DNA of 64,000 nucleotides, from assembly GCA_963718575.1 (NCBI GenBank), contig OY970358.1, positions 642,172 through 706,171 on the forward strand, in the 5' to 3' direction. The stretch is from an uncultured bacterium. GTDB taxonomy: Bacteria > Patescibacteriota > Minisyncoccia > UBA6257 > 2-01-FULL-56-20. Under the pieces are notes generated by a model. That model searched no databases. It was not told where the DNA came from and saw nothing but the letters and a program-made list of their open reading frames with translations. Of this stretch, positions 42,591 through 52,554 are shown piece by piece. A program made the position numbers and the translations under genes. The stretch's first letter is position 1, and every line of letters starts with the position of its first letter.

Positions 42591-43460
42591 ATGGATAAGA
42601 ATAACGAAACAGGCGGGGCGAAGTTGAGCCTGCATTCGATTGGATCGCTTTTTAGCGATACGTGGAAACTCTACAAAGAGCGATTTTCCACGCTTGTGGA
42701 GATCGTTCTCCTGCCGGTGCTTGTGACCATGTTGGGATATATTCTGCTGGGTCTCGGATTTCCGTTTTCCGCAATCGGCGGCCTCGTTATTTTTGTTGGC
42801 GCGATCCTTTTCGTGTTCACCGTCCTGCCGGTTATCTTTTCCATCCATAATACGGCGGGCGTCGATGCATCGTACCGGTCGGCGATCCGATGGTTCTGGC
42901 CGTTCGTATGGATCGCCATTCTTGAGATCCTTGCGATGTTCGGTGGATTCGTCATGCTTGTCGTTCCGGGTATCTGGCTTATAGTTTCGTTCGCGTTCGT
43001 CGCGTATGTGCTTGTGATCGAACAGCGTCGTGGAATCGACGCCCTTCGGCAGAGCAAGGCATATATTAAAGGATACTGGTGGGCGATTACGGGGAGAGCG
43101 ATTTTGATCGCCATTTTGTATTGCGTAGGAGTGATGATCTTGGAAGTCCCCGCAGGACTCATTGCGGGAAGGATCGGAGCGGAGCTTGCATCCATGGCGG
43201 CGGTGTTATTCTTTGTCCCGTTCTCGGCCATCTATTATTACAATATCTTTATGAATCTTCGCGACCTCAAGCCGGAACTTGCCAGCGTGCAGACAAAAGA
43301 GGGGACCGGATTCATCAAAGCGAGCGCAATTGTGGGGATCGTGGCGCCGGTGCTTATCATTATTATCCTGATTATTTTTGTCGGGGTGGGATTGTTCAGC
43401 GCGAGGAGAAATGTCGGGTCGTATGGCTCATTGCCGGGATCTGGTGCGCAAAATTATTAA
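42591..43460 (+). CDS. Hypothetical polytopic membrane protein
   Basis: 289-aa ORF with about 6 TM helices. Confidence 0.5.
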   Translation: MDKNNETGGAKLSLHSIGSLFSDTWKLYKERFSTLVEIVLLPVLVTMLGYILLGLGFPFSAIGGLVIFVGAILFVFTVLPVIFSIHNTAGVDASYRSAIRWFWPFVWIAILEILAMFGGFVMLVVPGIWLIVSFAFVAYVLVIEQRRGIDALRQSKAYIKGYWWAITGRAILIAILYCVGVMILEVPAGLIAGRIGAELASMAAVLFFVPFSAIYYYNIFMNLRDLKPELASVQTKEGTGFIKASAIVGIVAPVLIIIILIIFVGVGLFSARRNVGSYGSLPGSGAQNY

Positions 43461-43509
43461 AAAATAAAACGTCGAACGATATTTAAAAAATAAATAAAAT
43501 CAATATTTC

Positions 43510-44481
43510 ATGGTACAGGATCAGCTCGTTGAATATATAAACTCACAGATGAAGGCGGGCGTTTCCCGTGACGCCATCAAGACCACGCTCACCGGAGCGG
43601 GATGGACCACGGTGGATGTAGAGGACACGCTCAAAAAAATAGAGTCGGCAAAGACGGCCCAGCCGATGTCGGCGACAATGTCGTCATTTGCAAAGCCGGG
43701 AGAACCTGTTGTCGCTTCAAAGCCGATGACCATAAAGGTAAGCGACCTCGTCTCGACTCCCGCGTCGTCATCAGTGTCGGCGTCGACGCCGTCGATGGCA
43801 GGAAAGAGTCCGATGACCGGCTCCACGACAATGGCGGCAAAGCCGGCGGCGACCGGTTATCAAGCCTCGGCATCTCCGGCGGAAAAGACGCACGGATCGC
43901 GCGGCGGACTCGTCACGGATATTGTCCTTGTGGTTGTTATTCTTGCGGTGGGAGGGTTCGCGGGATTTTTGTATATGCAAAATGGCAGCCTGAACACACA
44001 GCTTAGCGCGTTGAACGGGCAGAGCTCGGGGGTGAACTCCCAGCTTTCCACCTTGCAGGCGCAGGTGGCGGCTTCCACCACGGCGCTTACGGCCCAGGTA
44101 TCGACGCTCACCACGGAAACACAGGAGTTGCAGGCCGAGCTTGCGTTCTACGTTGCGCCGGCCGGCACCACTCCCGGATCCACCAGCACCGTAACGATAG
44201 GCGGGATCGTTTCCGGCGGCGGGAAGACCCCGTACGTGATCACGGCAGAGTACGGAGCAAAGATCTATGTGACGGATTCCAAAGTCGCCGCCGTGATTTC
44301 GGCGCTTGCTCCGCTCATGGGAACTCCGGCGCAGGTTGCGAGCAGTACCGGCACCGGAACGAGCACTGCCGTTGTCGCTCCAACGCCGGCCACCGCTCCC
44401 ACGACGGCGCAGTTCACGGGAATCTATACTCCCGGATTGGACAGCATCACCCTCACCTCCGTCAACGGTACGGCGTTATAG
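43510..44481 (+). CDS. Hypothetical single-pass membrane protein with coiled-coil and Thr/Ser-rich tail
   Basis: TM segment IVLVVVILAVGGFAGFLYM followed by a QLS coiled-coil. Confidence 0.5.
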   Translation: MVQDQLVEYINSQMKAGVSRDAIKTTLTGAGWTTVDVEDTLKKIESAKTAQPMSATMSSFAKPGEPVVASKPMTIKVSDLVSTPASSSVSASTPSMAGKSPMTGSTTMAAKPAATGYQASASPAEKTHGSRGGLVTDIVLVVVILAVGGFAGFLYMQNGSLNTQLSALNGQSSGVNSQLSTLQAQVAASTTALTAQVSTLTTETQELQAELAFYVAPAGTTPGSTSTVTIGGIVSGGGKTPYVITAEYGAKIYVTDSKVAAVISALAPLMGTPAQVASSTGTGTSTAVVAPTPATAPTTAQFTGIYTPGLDSITLTSVNGTAL

Positions 44482-44485
44482 AAAA

Positions 44486-44545
44486 ATTCCCTCCTTTTTT
44501 AACCTAGCGGGCAGATTCGACAGTCAAAAAAGGAGGGATTTTTAT
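44486..44545. terminator. Inverted repeat (13-bp stem, 25-nt loop) between convergent genes
   Basis: TCCCTCCTTTTTT ... AAAAAAGGAGGGA. Confidence 0.45.
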
Positions 44546-44547
44546 TT

Positions 44548-45108
44548 TTATTCCTGACCGTCAAACACTCCCAGATTCTTCAATGCCGCTTTGTAGATGT
44601 CTAATCCGCGTTCGGCGAGGTCACGCTTAAGTTTGAAGTTCGGCTCGTGCGCGATCTGGTTGCGCAACTTATGCGCCTGCCAGAGCTCGTTCAGGTTCGG
44701 GATCTGTTGGGCGGTCGCTTTCTTCAGCCGGTCGCCGAGCTGCGTGCCCATCACCCCCGCTTCGCGCAATACGTCGTTTAACAGCTTGTCCGCTTCAAGG
44801 ATCGCCACCTTGAGGTCGCTTTCACCGCCGCGATAGAAATGTTCCTGGATCTTTTTCCATGATTCCTGCGCATGCTTTTTTGCCGTGTCCGATTGCAGGA
44901 CGACATGCCGGAACTTATTGACGCGATAGGTGAACCACCCCATTTCGATGATAAAATAGATGACGCCGGCGAAAAAGACGAGCGCGATGACGAGGCCGAA
45001 AAACTCCAGCATGCCAAGATGGGAAAAATATCCGACGATGAAATTTTGGCTCGCCGCCTGTGCCTGCGACTGCAATGCCCGCGTGGTCGATGTTATTTGA
45101 TCACCCAT
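44548..45108 (-). CDS. Hypothetical membrane protein
   Basis: N-terminal TM helix (LEFFGLVIALVFFAGVIYFII) and a soluble helical domain. Confidence 0.5.
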   Translation of the reverse strand: MGDQITSTTRALQSQAQAASQNFIVGYFSHLGMLEFFGLVIALVFFAGVIYFIIEMGWFTYRVNKFRHVVLQSDTAKKHAQESWKKIQEHFYRGGESDLKVAILEADKLLNDVLREAGVMGTQLGDRLKKATAQQIPNLNELWQAHKLRNQIAHEPNFKLKRDLAERGLDIYKAALKNLGVFDGQE

Positions 45109-45123
45109 GGGTTCGATGGTTGG

Positions 45124-46587
45124 TTAGTTTAATCGTTCGTAATATTGGCCGATGCCGAGAATGTCCGCCTCGTGCCACTTCTTGCCGATCAGCTGGAAGC
45201 CTACGGGAAGCTCGCCTGCGGCAAGGGATGATGATGGCTTGGCGGGAACGGAAATCGCGGGGACTCCGGCGAGGCTTGCGGGGATGGTAAAGATGTCCGC
45301 GAGATACATCGAGAGTGGATCGTTCGTCTTTTCGCCGATCTTGAATGCGGGCGTCGGCGTCACCGGAGTGAGGATCACATCGACATCTTTGAATGCATTG
45401 TCGAAATCCTGCCGGATGAGCGTCCGGGTGCGCTGGGCTTTGTCGTAGTATGCGTCGTAATAACCGGACGAAAGCACGAACGTACCGAGGATGATGCGAC
45501 GCTTTGCTTCCGCGCCAAATCCGAGGCCGCGCTGCTTTAAGTATAGCTCGCTCAACTTTTCTCCTTCCGCTTTGGCGTTAGGGATGCGCGCGTAACGAAT
45601 GCCGTCGAAGCGTGCAAGGTTGGAGCTGACCTCCGCCGGCATCACGATGTAGTAGCACGAGAGCGCGTACTTCGTATGCGGCAGGGATATTTTTTTAAAG
45701 CTGAAGCCGAGACTCTTCAGTTTGTCGATCGCGTTCTGGACGCCATCGGACACCGCTTTATCCAAACCGTCGATAAAATATTCTTCCGGAAGGCCGATCG
45801 TGAGCTTTTTTATCTTTTCGAGCGGCGCGAGGTCGGTGATATTCGAAAAATCCGCGCCGTTGGCACTTGTCGCGTCGAGCGGATCGCTTCCGGCGATGGC
45901 TTTGAAAAGTATCGCTGCGTCCTCAACGGTCTTTCCAAACGGACTGATCTGGTCAAGGCTCGAAGCCATTGCGCTGAGGCCGGAGCGCGAGACCGCGCCA
46001 TAGGTCGGCTTGAATCCGACGATGCCGCACATTCCTGCCGGCTGGCGGACGGAGCCGCCGGTGTCGGAGCCGAGCGCCGCCATCGCAAACTGTGCGGCGA
46101 CCGCAGCCGCGGATCCGCCGGACGAGCCGCCCGGCACGCGCGAGCGATCGTGCGGATTGTGCGTCACGTGGAACGCGGAATTTTCCGTGGAGGATCCCAT
46201 CGCGAACTCGTCCATATTCGTCTTGCCGAGGAAGACGGCGCGCTCGCCGCGCAACTTTTGGATGACGGTCGCGTCATAGCTCGCAACATAAGTTTCCAAA
46301 ATTTTCGATCCGCAGGTGGCGGGAAGGTCTTTGATGAGGACGCAGTCCTTGATGGCGAGCGGGACGCCGGCGAGCGCGCCGAGCTCTTCGCCATCGGCCA
46401 GCGCCACATCGACGGCGCTCGCATCGCGCGTGGCGGACTCCTCGGCGAAACTTAAATACGCCCCGATCTCTTTATCATGCTCTTTGATCCGGCGGAAATA
46501 TGCCTGCGTGACCTCGAGTGCGGAAAACTCCTTATTGAGCAATCCGTCATGGAATTTTTTTATCGTGAGTTCGTGAAGCGGTTCCAT
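45124..46587 (-). CDS. gatA: Glutamyl-tRNA(Gln) amidotransferase subunit A
   Basis: Amidase signature GGSSGGSAAAVA..GSDTGGSVR. Confidence 0.9.
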   Translation of the reverse strand: MEPLHELTIKKFHDGLLNKEFSALEVTQAYFRRIKEHDKEIGAYLSFAEESATRDASAVDVALADGEELGALAGVPLAIKDCVLIKDLPATCGSKILETYVASYDATVIQKLRGERAVFLGKTNMDEFAMGSSTENSAFHVTHNPHDRSRVPGGSSGGSAAAVAAQFAMAALGSDTGGSVRQPAGMCGIVGFKPTYGAVSRSGLSAMASSLDQISPFGKTVEDAAILFKAIAGSDPLDATSANGADFSNITDLAPLEKIKKLTIGLPEEYFIDGLDKAVSDGVQNAIDKLKSLGFSFKKISLPHTKYALSCYYIVMPAEVSSNLARFDGIRYARIPNAKAEGEKLSELYLKQRGLGFGAEAKRRIILGTFVLSSGYYDAYYDKAQRTRTLIRQDFDNAFKDVDVILTPVTPTPAFKIGEKTNDPLSMYLADIFTIPASLAGVPAISVPAKPSSSLAAGELPVGFQLIGKKWHEADILGIGQYYERLN

Positions 46588-46625
46588 TTTTTTTGAAGAA
46601 AGTTTTGCGAAAGTATTTGCGCGCG

Positions 46626-46967
46626 TTATTCAAAAACCGGCGGCACCTTGTTGTAGCCGTCTTTCGATTCCGGGAACGCGTCAACGCCCGCGCCCTGGTT
46701 CGTGTTCTCGTGGCCGCCTTCCTCTATGGTGTCGGGGCGGAGGACGTTCGTAAGGTCGGTGCCGCCGGTCATCGGAGCAACGTTCGAGGTGTCGAGCGCT
46801 TGGAGTTCTTTAAAGTGATCGAGGATCGCGCCGAGGTCGGCTATCAATTTGTCGGCTTCTTTCGGATCGATCTCGATACGCGAAAGATGAGCCAGATGTT
46901 CCAGCTCTTTCCTGCTGATGCTGCCAGTGGCACTTGGGGTTGCGTCGGATGACGAAGATGAAGACAT
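46626..46967 (-). CDS. gatC: Glutamyl-tRNA(Gln) amidotransferase subunit C
   Basis: ISRKELEHLAHLSRIEIDPKE...LDHFKELQALDT. ATG 46967 with SD AAGGA; the ORF extends to 47003. Confidence 0.75.
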   Translation of the reverse strand: MSSSSSSDATPSATGSISRKELEHLAHLSRIEIDPKEADKLIADLGAILDHFKELQALDTSNVAPMTGGTDLTNVLRPDTIEEGGHENTNQGAGVDAFPESKDGYNKVPPVFE

Positions 46968-47003
46968 TATCCTTATCTTAGCCGATAGTGTTGGCTTTTT
47001 CAA

Positions 47004-48389
47004 TTATTCCTTAAGCGCTTTGACCGCTGCTTTAAACTGCTTCCCGCGGTCGGTGTAGTTCTTGAACATGCCGAACGATGCACAGCCGGGGGAAATAATC
47101 ACGACGTCGCCAGGAGCGGCGGTCTTGTGCGCGGCGGCAATGATCGCCTTCATGGTGGTACGCCCCTCTATTATTTGGATGCGTGGATTATGAATATGCT
47201 CTTTGATGCGGGGCCATTCCACGCCGATGCCGATGATCGCCTTTATGCTCTTTGACCGCGAGATCGCCCGGCCTAATTTTGAAAAGTCGGCATTTTTATG
47301 TGAGCCGCCGAGGATCAAAATCTTTGGCGCGGCAAACGCCTGCATCGCCACTGCCGCCGCATCCGGCGTGGTGGAGTACGAATCGTTGTAATAGCTGACA
47401 CCTTTTATTTTTGCAACGAACTCAATGCGATGCTCAAGGCCGTGGAAGGTTGCGATGGCTTTCTTGATGTCCGCCTTGGCAATGCCTGCAAGCTTTGCAG
47501 CAGTGATCGCCGCGCTCGCATTTTCCCAGTTATGTTCGCCCGGAATGTGGAGCTCGCTTACGGAACAGATCTTTTGTTTGTGCACGCCGTCGGAAAACCA
47601 AAACGCGTCGTCCTGCGCCCACGTTCCCTTTTTGACGGGATGATGGCGGGAAAACGTAAATATCTTTCCGCGCGTTTTTCGCGCATAGGATCGCGTGCGT
47701 GGATAATCCTCTGCGATCACCGCATAATCGGCGGGGGATTGGAATCGCACAATGTTCGACTTTGCCGCGACATATTCCTTAACGTCCGCGTGCCAATCAA
47801 GATGTTCTTCGGTCACCATAAGCGCCACGCCGATGTACGGGCTTTTTTCGAGGTCGATCAGCTGAAAGCTGGAAAGCTCCAGCACCACCCACGATTTTTT
47901 TTCGAGCTTGGGAAGGATATCGAGCGGCGGCACGCCGATGTTGCCGGCGAGGAATGCTTTCCGCCCGCCCGCCTTGAGCATCCGGTAGATCAGCGTGGAC
48001 GTGGTTCCTTTACCTTTTGTGCCGGTAACACCGATGATCCGCGCCGGACATCGGTCGAAGAATAATTTTGTTGCGCTCGAAATGATCGCGCCTTGTTGCC
48101 GCGCATGCTGGATCTCCGGCGCGTAATAGCGCACGCCGGGGGTGCGGAAGATAAGGTCAAAGCCATTGAGGTCGCTCATATAATCCTTGCCCAGTTTTGC
48201 GTGAACGCCTTTGGGGACTCTGATATCTTCTTTTTTATCCAGCACCCAGATCTCCGCGCCGCGAAACGCTGGGTCGCGCAAAATAAACTGCAACGTCGAT
48301 TGTCCTTCCCGCTCGAATCCGAGCACCGCGATTTTCATCATCTGATAATCGCACCAATCGATTTTTTTGACAACTTCTTTGACAATCAC
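47004..48389 (-). CDS. murD: UDP-N-acetylmuramoylalanine--D-glutamate ligase
   Basis: GVTGTKGKGTTSTL P-loop and Mur ligase domain order; the start is uncertain (alternative Met at 48341). Confidence 0.85.
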   Translation of the reverse strand: MIVKEVVKKIDWCDYQMMKIAVLGFEREGQSTLQFILRDPAFRGAEIWVLDKKEDIRVPKGVHAKLGKDYMSDLNGFDLIFRTPGVRYYAPEIQHARQQGAIISSATKLFFDRCPARIIGVTGTKGKGTTSTLIYRMLKAGGRKAFLAGNIGVPPLDILPKLEKKSWVVLELSSFQLIDLEKSPYIGVALMVTEEHLDWHADVKEYVAAKSNIVRFQSPADYAVIAEDYPRTRSYARKTRGKIFTFSRHHPVKKGTWAQDDAFWFSDGVHKQKICSVSELHIPGEHNWENASAAITAAKLAGIAKADIKKAIATFHGLEHRIEFVAKIKGVSYYNDSYSTTPDAAAVAMQAFAAPKILILGGSHKNADFSKLGRAISRSKSIKAIIGIGVEWPRIKEHIHNPRIQIIEGRTTMKAIIAAAHKTAAPGDVVIISPGCASFGMFKNYTDRGKQFKAAVKALKE

Positions 48390-48836
48390 GTTCGAAAATT
48401 CATATAATGCACAGGTTGGTTACGGTGCGTTCATCGTTTGTGGCGCATACGCAATTTCATAGCGCGGGAGGGTTGGGAAAGGTTTTCCGGGAAGCCCCAT
48501 AAGCTTCCGAAGCAAGTCCGAGTCTTGCCCCCGCAACAGCCAAGGCGAAGTCGATTCAAGACCGACTTACTCTATATTTTTTGAAACTCGCAACCGGAAA
48601 AACCGGTCCGAGTCCTTTCGTCGTCGAATGAAAGCCTGGTGACGATATAAGGATTTTCAAAACGCTCGAAAGATTTCACCCTCTTTATTCTAAAACGAAA
48701 GAGGCGCGGGATTTCAAGAAGCAGGTTGATGATGCAAAGAAAAAATTCCTCGGTGGGCCGCTTTAAAATTGACATAACTATTCCTCTTTGATATAAAGCA
48801 AAGCGGCATAACCCACGCAGTGGGAGGAGGGAATTT

Positions 48837-49289
48837 GTGAGGTTATTAGCTGATATCCAAAAGAAGATGGCCGAAGTGCCCGCCAAATATCTCATTACCG
48901 ATGGAGAGATACGGCCGGGAGAGCGGGTCATCGGGAAACTGCCCGAAGACTTATTGCAGCTCTACGGTCTCCATTGCCAGATCGTCGACCAGTTGGAGCA
49001 TTTACAGAACGCTCATGCATTGGTGCATCTCAAAGGAAAAAACTCCAAAAGCACCTGCCTCGATTTTCATAACCAGTACGAATGGGAAGCGCGGCAGCAT
49101 GACGCATTGATTCATTTTTTCTGGACGGCGGTGCGTCATGAGTTTTGCCTCCCGAATGGTCGCATCGGCATCCGTGCTCACGGGCAGGTGGTCACGTGGA
49201 TAGATGATCCGGCACGGATTGTCGCTTCTACGGAACCTGCCATAAAACCGCAACGGAGCTGCGGAGGAATGAGAATGCGCGGGCAGTAG
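48837..49289 (+). CDS. Hypothetical protein
   Basis: GTG start with SD GGAGG 9 nt upstream. Confidence 0.35.
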   Translation: MRLLADIQKKMAEVPAKYLITDGEIRPGERVIGKLPEDLLQLYGLHCQIVDQLEHLQNAHALVHLKGKNSKSTCLDFHNQYEWEARQHDALIHFFWTAVRHEFCLPNGRIGIRAHGQVVTWIDDPARIVASTEPAIKPQRSCGGMRMRGQ

Positions 49290-49328
49290 AGTTAACAAAG
49301 TTTCTAGTAGCGGGCATAATCATATCGA

Positions 49329-50072
49329 TCATGCCCGTTTTTCTTTGTCATAATTATTAATATGTATAGAGAAACGGCCCAATGCCTTGAGAGCGTTCAC
49401 AGCCGTGAAGTGGCGGTAGCCGTTCTTCTTTTCAGCCCGGGCTAGGGTTGCCAAACTCGCGATGAGTGTTTTGCCGTTCTCCGCGCGGTGCATCCCGAGC
49501 TTGCGGTTGACCTTCTCTGCGCCCTCACTCTGGATCATCGTTGCGACAATCCGCATGAGGAGATTGAAGATTCTTGCGCGCGCGGCATGCTTCTGCGCTT
49601 CGTCGTCCACGCCCTCGGCCTGGATGGCCAAGTAGTACAGCGTGATGAGCGATGCCGGATCATCGAGGATGACTTTCGCTGCTGCCTCGATCTGCTTCTG
49701 GCAGAGCTGAATCGCGGGATCCGCAAGGCGCCGCGCGAGGGTGTCGTCCTCGTCGAAGCCGTTCTCATCCTCTCCGAAGGCCATCATGCCCGCGAACTCG
49801 TCGAAGGACATCGGGGTGTGGTAGAACGGATCGTTCCCGTTTACGAACTCCCGCTCGAACTCAGTATCCTCAGTATCGGGGATGAAGAGTCCCTGACGTC
49901 CCGTCTGGCCGCCGGTGATGAAGCATCCGCCCTGGCTCGCGAGGCTAACCTTGGTCCTGTACGGTTTCAGGAAGGGCGACCCTCCCGACATTCTGGTACT
50001 GCGGCGCTCCGAAGAGCTCTTGCGGGGGATTGTGTTCCCCTGCACGACAGACATCAATTGAACGTGTGACAT
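49329..50072 (-). CDS. Hypothetical protein
   Basis: 247-aa ORF; no motif recognized. Confidence 0.4.
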   Translation of the reverse strand: MSHVQLMSVVQGNTIPRKSSSERRSTRMSGGSPFLKPYRTKVSLASQGGCFITGGQTGRQGLFIPDTEDTEFEREFVNGNDPFYHTPMSFDEFAGMMAFGEDENGFDEDDTLARRLADPAIQLCQKQIEAAAKVILDDPASLITLYYLAIQAEGVDDEAQKHAARARIFNLLMRIVATMIQSEGAEKVNRKLGMHRAENGKTLIASLATLARAEKKNGYRHFTAVNALKALGRFSIHINNYDKEKRA

Positions 50073-50342
50073 GATTGCCCTCCCAGGCTTGAAATTCTCG
50101 TTTCCCTGTATAACCAGTAATTAAAATGACTAGGGATATTATACCATCTATATATCTATTTTGTCAAGCCCGCCGCGGATGCTGTAAAACCTAGCAAACC
50201 AGCAAACCGAACACGTCCCAAATGCCCCCAAAGAGTCCGGTTTGTTCGTTTTATACCTAAGACCGAGACACCTCAATTGAGAGGGGAAGGAGGTTTTCAA
50301 GAACCTTTGTAAAGGATGGGGAATAAAAAAACAGGGCATCGC

Positions 50343-50377
50343 GCGAACGCGATGCCCTGAAAGGGTGCCTAAGGGAT
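50343..50377 (-). terminator. Rho-independent terminator (minus strand) after the 50369-50764 gene
   Basis: CAGGGCATCGCG cgaa CGCGATGCCCTG followed by a T-run on the minus strand. Confidence 0.5.
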
Positions 50378-50764
50378 GGATACGGAGTCGACGACCGAGA
50401 ACAACGCCGAGCGGGCGGTGGTGGGTTTGTCTTTATTGTTCCAGTTCTGAACCGTGATTGGCATGGATGGGTCGCCAAGCCAGATGGCGCGGTCGGTTGC
50501 GACGTTTTGGTCCTGAAATCCATAGCGTTCAGCAAATATTTGGACCCATTCTTGTGCCTGCTTGAGATCGCCCAGAGGTGATGTCATCTCAACCTCAAGC
50601 TCGATCGTTGGAGTCTCATCAGATGGTGGTCGAGAGTCGGAGACGCCTCGTGCTTGGAGAATCGCCACACAGAATGAGTTGGTCTTTTCGCTCTGGATGA
50701 GACAGAGTATGTCGCAGGGTCCGGATGCAAGTCGTTCGGCATCGGCATCGAGTGGAGTCAGCAT
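50369..50764 (-). CDS. Hypothetical protein
   Basis: 131-aa ORF with the terminator downstream. Confidence 0.4.
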   Translation of the reverse strand: MLTPLDADAERLASGPCDILCLIQSEKTNSFCVAILQARGVSDSRPPSDETPTIELEVEMTSPLGDLKQAQEWVQIFAERYGFQDQNVATDRAIWLGDPSMPITVQNWNNKDKPTTARSALFSVVDSVSIP

Positions 50765-50854
50765 GGAATTTCCTCCTAACTGTTTTTGTTATAGCACGGA
50801 TAAAATTAAGTGTCCATAATTTTGTAATCCTTTCAGATCTGCGACGGCTTCCTT

Positions 50855-51301
50855 ATGTCGCTCCCTATGAAATTCTTCATCGCATCGCCATGGCAGAACG
50901 TTGACCTCGTGAAGGGGTTGTCGGTCGCATTGACCACCCGGGGGCATGAGACATATTCATTCCTCGATAATGGAGCCAATGCCGTCGGCGGCGCGCCTTC
51001 CGTTGAGGAGTTCGAGGAAAATTTTCTGAACTCCGTATTGAACTGGGGGAATAATCCTGCGATCAAAGAAATCTTTGAATTTGATATGAAAGCGTTGAAG
51101 GAGTGCGATGTGGTTGTGCTTCTCGAGCCATCCGGACGTTCTTCTTTGGCGGAAGCGGGCATTGCGTATGGAATGGGAAAGAAGATCGTGCTCGTCGGCG
51201 CCGTCGCGCATCCGACGATCATCGTCTATAGCATTTGTCAGGATCGCTATGCCGGCGTCGATGAATTTCTGGCGAGCCTTGGCGCTATGCCGACACAATG
51301 A
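50855..51301 (+). CDS. Nucleoside 2-deoxyribosyltransferase-like protein (tentative)
   Basis: Small Rossmann-like protein (KFFIASPW...CDVVVLLEPSGRSSLAEAGIAYGMGKKIVLVG); weak family-level resemblance only. Confidence 0.35.
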   Translation: MSLPMKFFIASPWQNVDLVKGLSVALTTRGHETYSFLDNGANAVGGAPSVEEFEENFLNSVLNWGNNPAIKEIFEFDMKALKECDVVVLLEPSGRSSLAEAGIAYGMGKKIVLVGAVAHPTIIVYSICQDRYAGVDEFLASLGAMPTQ

Positions 51302-51322
51302 GCAATCGGGTATAATAAGGCT

Positions 51323-52393
51323 ATGCTTAAAAAGATAATTTTCATTCAGGTTCGTGCGGCATTTTTTGCGGTCTTCTTATTGTCTTTGGCGGCGGCGGCC
51401 GGCGGCATTGCCATCGCATCCGCCCAAACGACGGGTGTCGTGTCGCTCCCGATCGCGATCCGGCCGTGGCCATGCTATCCGTTCGGCCATTTTCTTTCGG
51501 TCGGCGCGACCGGCAGCGATGTTACGGCACTTCAGAATTATCTTGCGGCGCAGGGAGATTTTACCGTGTCATCGACGGGATATTTTGGCGTGTTGACGAG
51601 GGCTGCGGTGAGCGAGTGGCAGGCGCAAAATAACGTTGCCGCGTTGGGCAGCGCGGGGAGTGGTATTTTTGGCCCTCTGTCCCGCGCGGCATTTATCCGT
51701 TCGTGCGGAATTGGCGGTGGTGGCGGCGGAACAGGCGGCAGTAGCAGTACGCAAGGTCTTTCGGCAAGCCCGCAATCGGGTATCGCGCCGCTTACCGTGC
51801 AATTCACTGCGACAGCACCGCAAGGCGACGTGTTCGGCTCAACGGTCAATTTTGGCGATGGCACGACGGGGACGCTCATGTTTGCGCCCGTCTGTTCAAG
51901 CTGCAATGTGCTTGCGGTCGTCTCGCATACCTACGCCGTGCCGGGCACATACACTGCGACGTGGGGAAACGGCCTCTGCGCCTGTCCGGAGAATGGTATG
52001 TGCAATTGCCCTAACATGGCGATCCTCGGCACTGCAACGGTGATGGTCGACGCGACAAACACCACGCCCACCTCCACCTCCGGTATTCAGCAATTGGACG
52101 CGCCCGGAAGCGTGACGCTTTCGCCGGGTGGCATCGCGGAGATCCGCAATGAAAGTACGTATTTTACCCTCCAAAGCGTTACCGAATCATCCGTAACGAT
52201 CCAGATCTCGCCGGTCGGATGCTGGAACTCGTTCCCTTCGGATCCGCCGCCAAGAGTTGTTTGTATGCTGGCGATGATGCCGATCCCGCCGCAGACATTT
52301 ACCGTGGGCCAAACTTACGCTACGGCGAATTATTTTATTACCCTCACTCAGCTTGATAACGGCGTGGCAATGTTTTTGGTAGGCGTGAATTAG
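51323..52393 (+). CDS. Secreted protein with N-terminal peptidoglycan-binding domain, poly-Gly linker and Cys-rich C-domain
   Basis: Signal peptide. A PG_binding_1-like segment (GSDVTALQNYLAAQG...FGPLSRAAF), GGGGGGTGG and a CACPENGMCNCP motif. Confidence 0.6.
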   Translation: MLKKIIFIQVRAAFFAVFLLSLAAAAGGIAIASAQTTGVVSLPIAIRPWPCYPFGHFLSVGATGSDVTALQNYLAAQGDFTVSSTGYFGVLTRAAVSEWQAQNNVAALGSAGSGIFGPLSRAAFIRSCGIGGGGGGTGGSSSTQGLSASPQSGIAPLTVQFTATAPQGDVFGSTVNFGDGTTGTLMFAPVCSSCNVLAVVSHTYAVPGTYTATWGNGLCACPENGMCNCPNMAILGTATVMVDATNTTPTSTSGIQQLDAPGSVTLSPGGIAEIRNESTYFTLQSVTESSVTIQISPVGCWNSFPSDPPPRVVCMLAMMPIPPQTFTVGQTYATANYFITLTQLDNGVAMFLVGVN

Positions 52394-52482
52394 AACGCTC
52401 ACTTCATTTGCCTCCTGCTGTTGGCTATAATATAGTTATTCTGCTTTTGCGCATTCCCGCCGGAGCGGGCCATGAAGCAGAT

Positions 52483-52554
52483 GCCGACGTAGCTCAGTGG
52501 TAGAGCAGGGCTTTCATAAGGCCAAGGTCGCAGGTTCGATCCCTGCCGTCGGCA
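52483..52554 (+). tRNA. tRNA-Met(CAT), elongator or Ile2-type
   Basis: Acceptor GCCGACG/CGTCGGC fully paired, D-arm GCTC AGTGGTA GAGC, anticodon loop TTCATAA, T-arm GCAGG TTCGATC CCTGC. Confidence 0.8.

Noticed and set aside
48440-48640. Possible RNase P RNA, SRP RNA or tmRNA in the murD-downstream gap
   Set aside because: Only fragmentary motif resemblance. The P4-like complementary segments are about 125 nt apart, too close for RNase P. There is no tRNA-like CCA-proximal T-arm for tmRNA and no GNRA-tetraloop helix 8 for SRP. Kept only as a generic ncRNA candidate.
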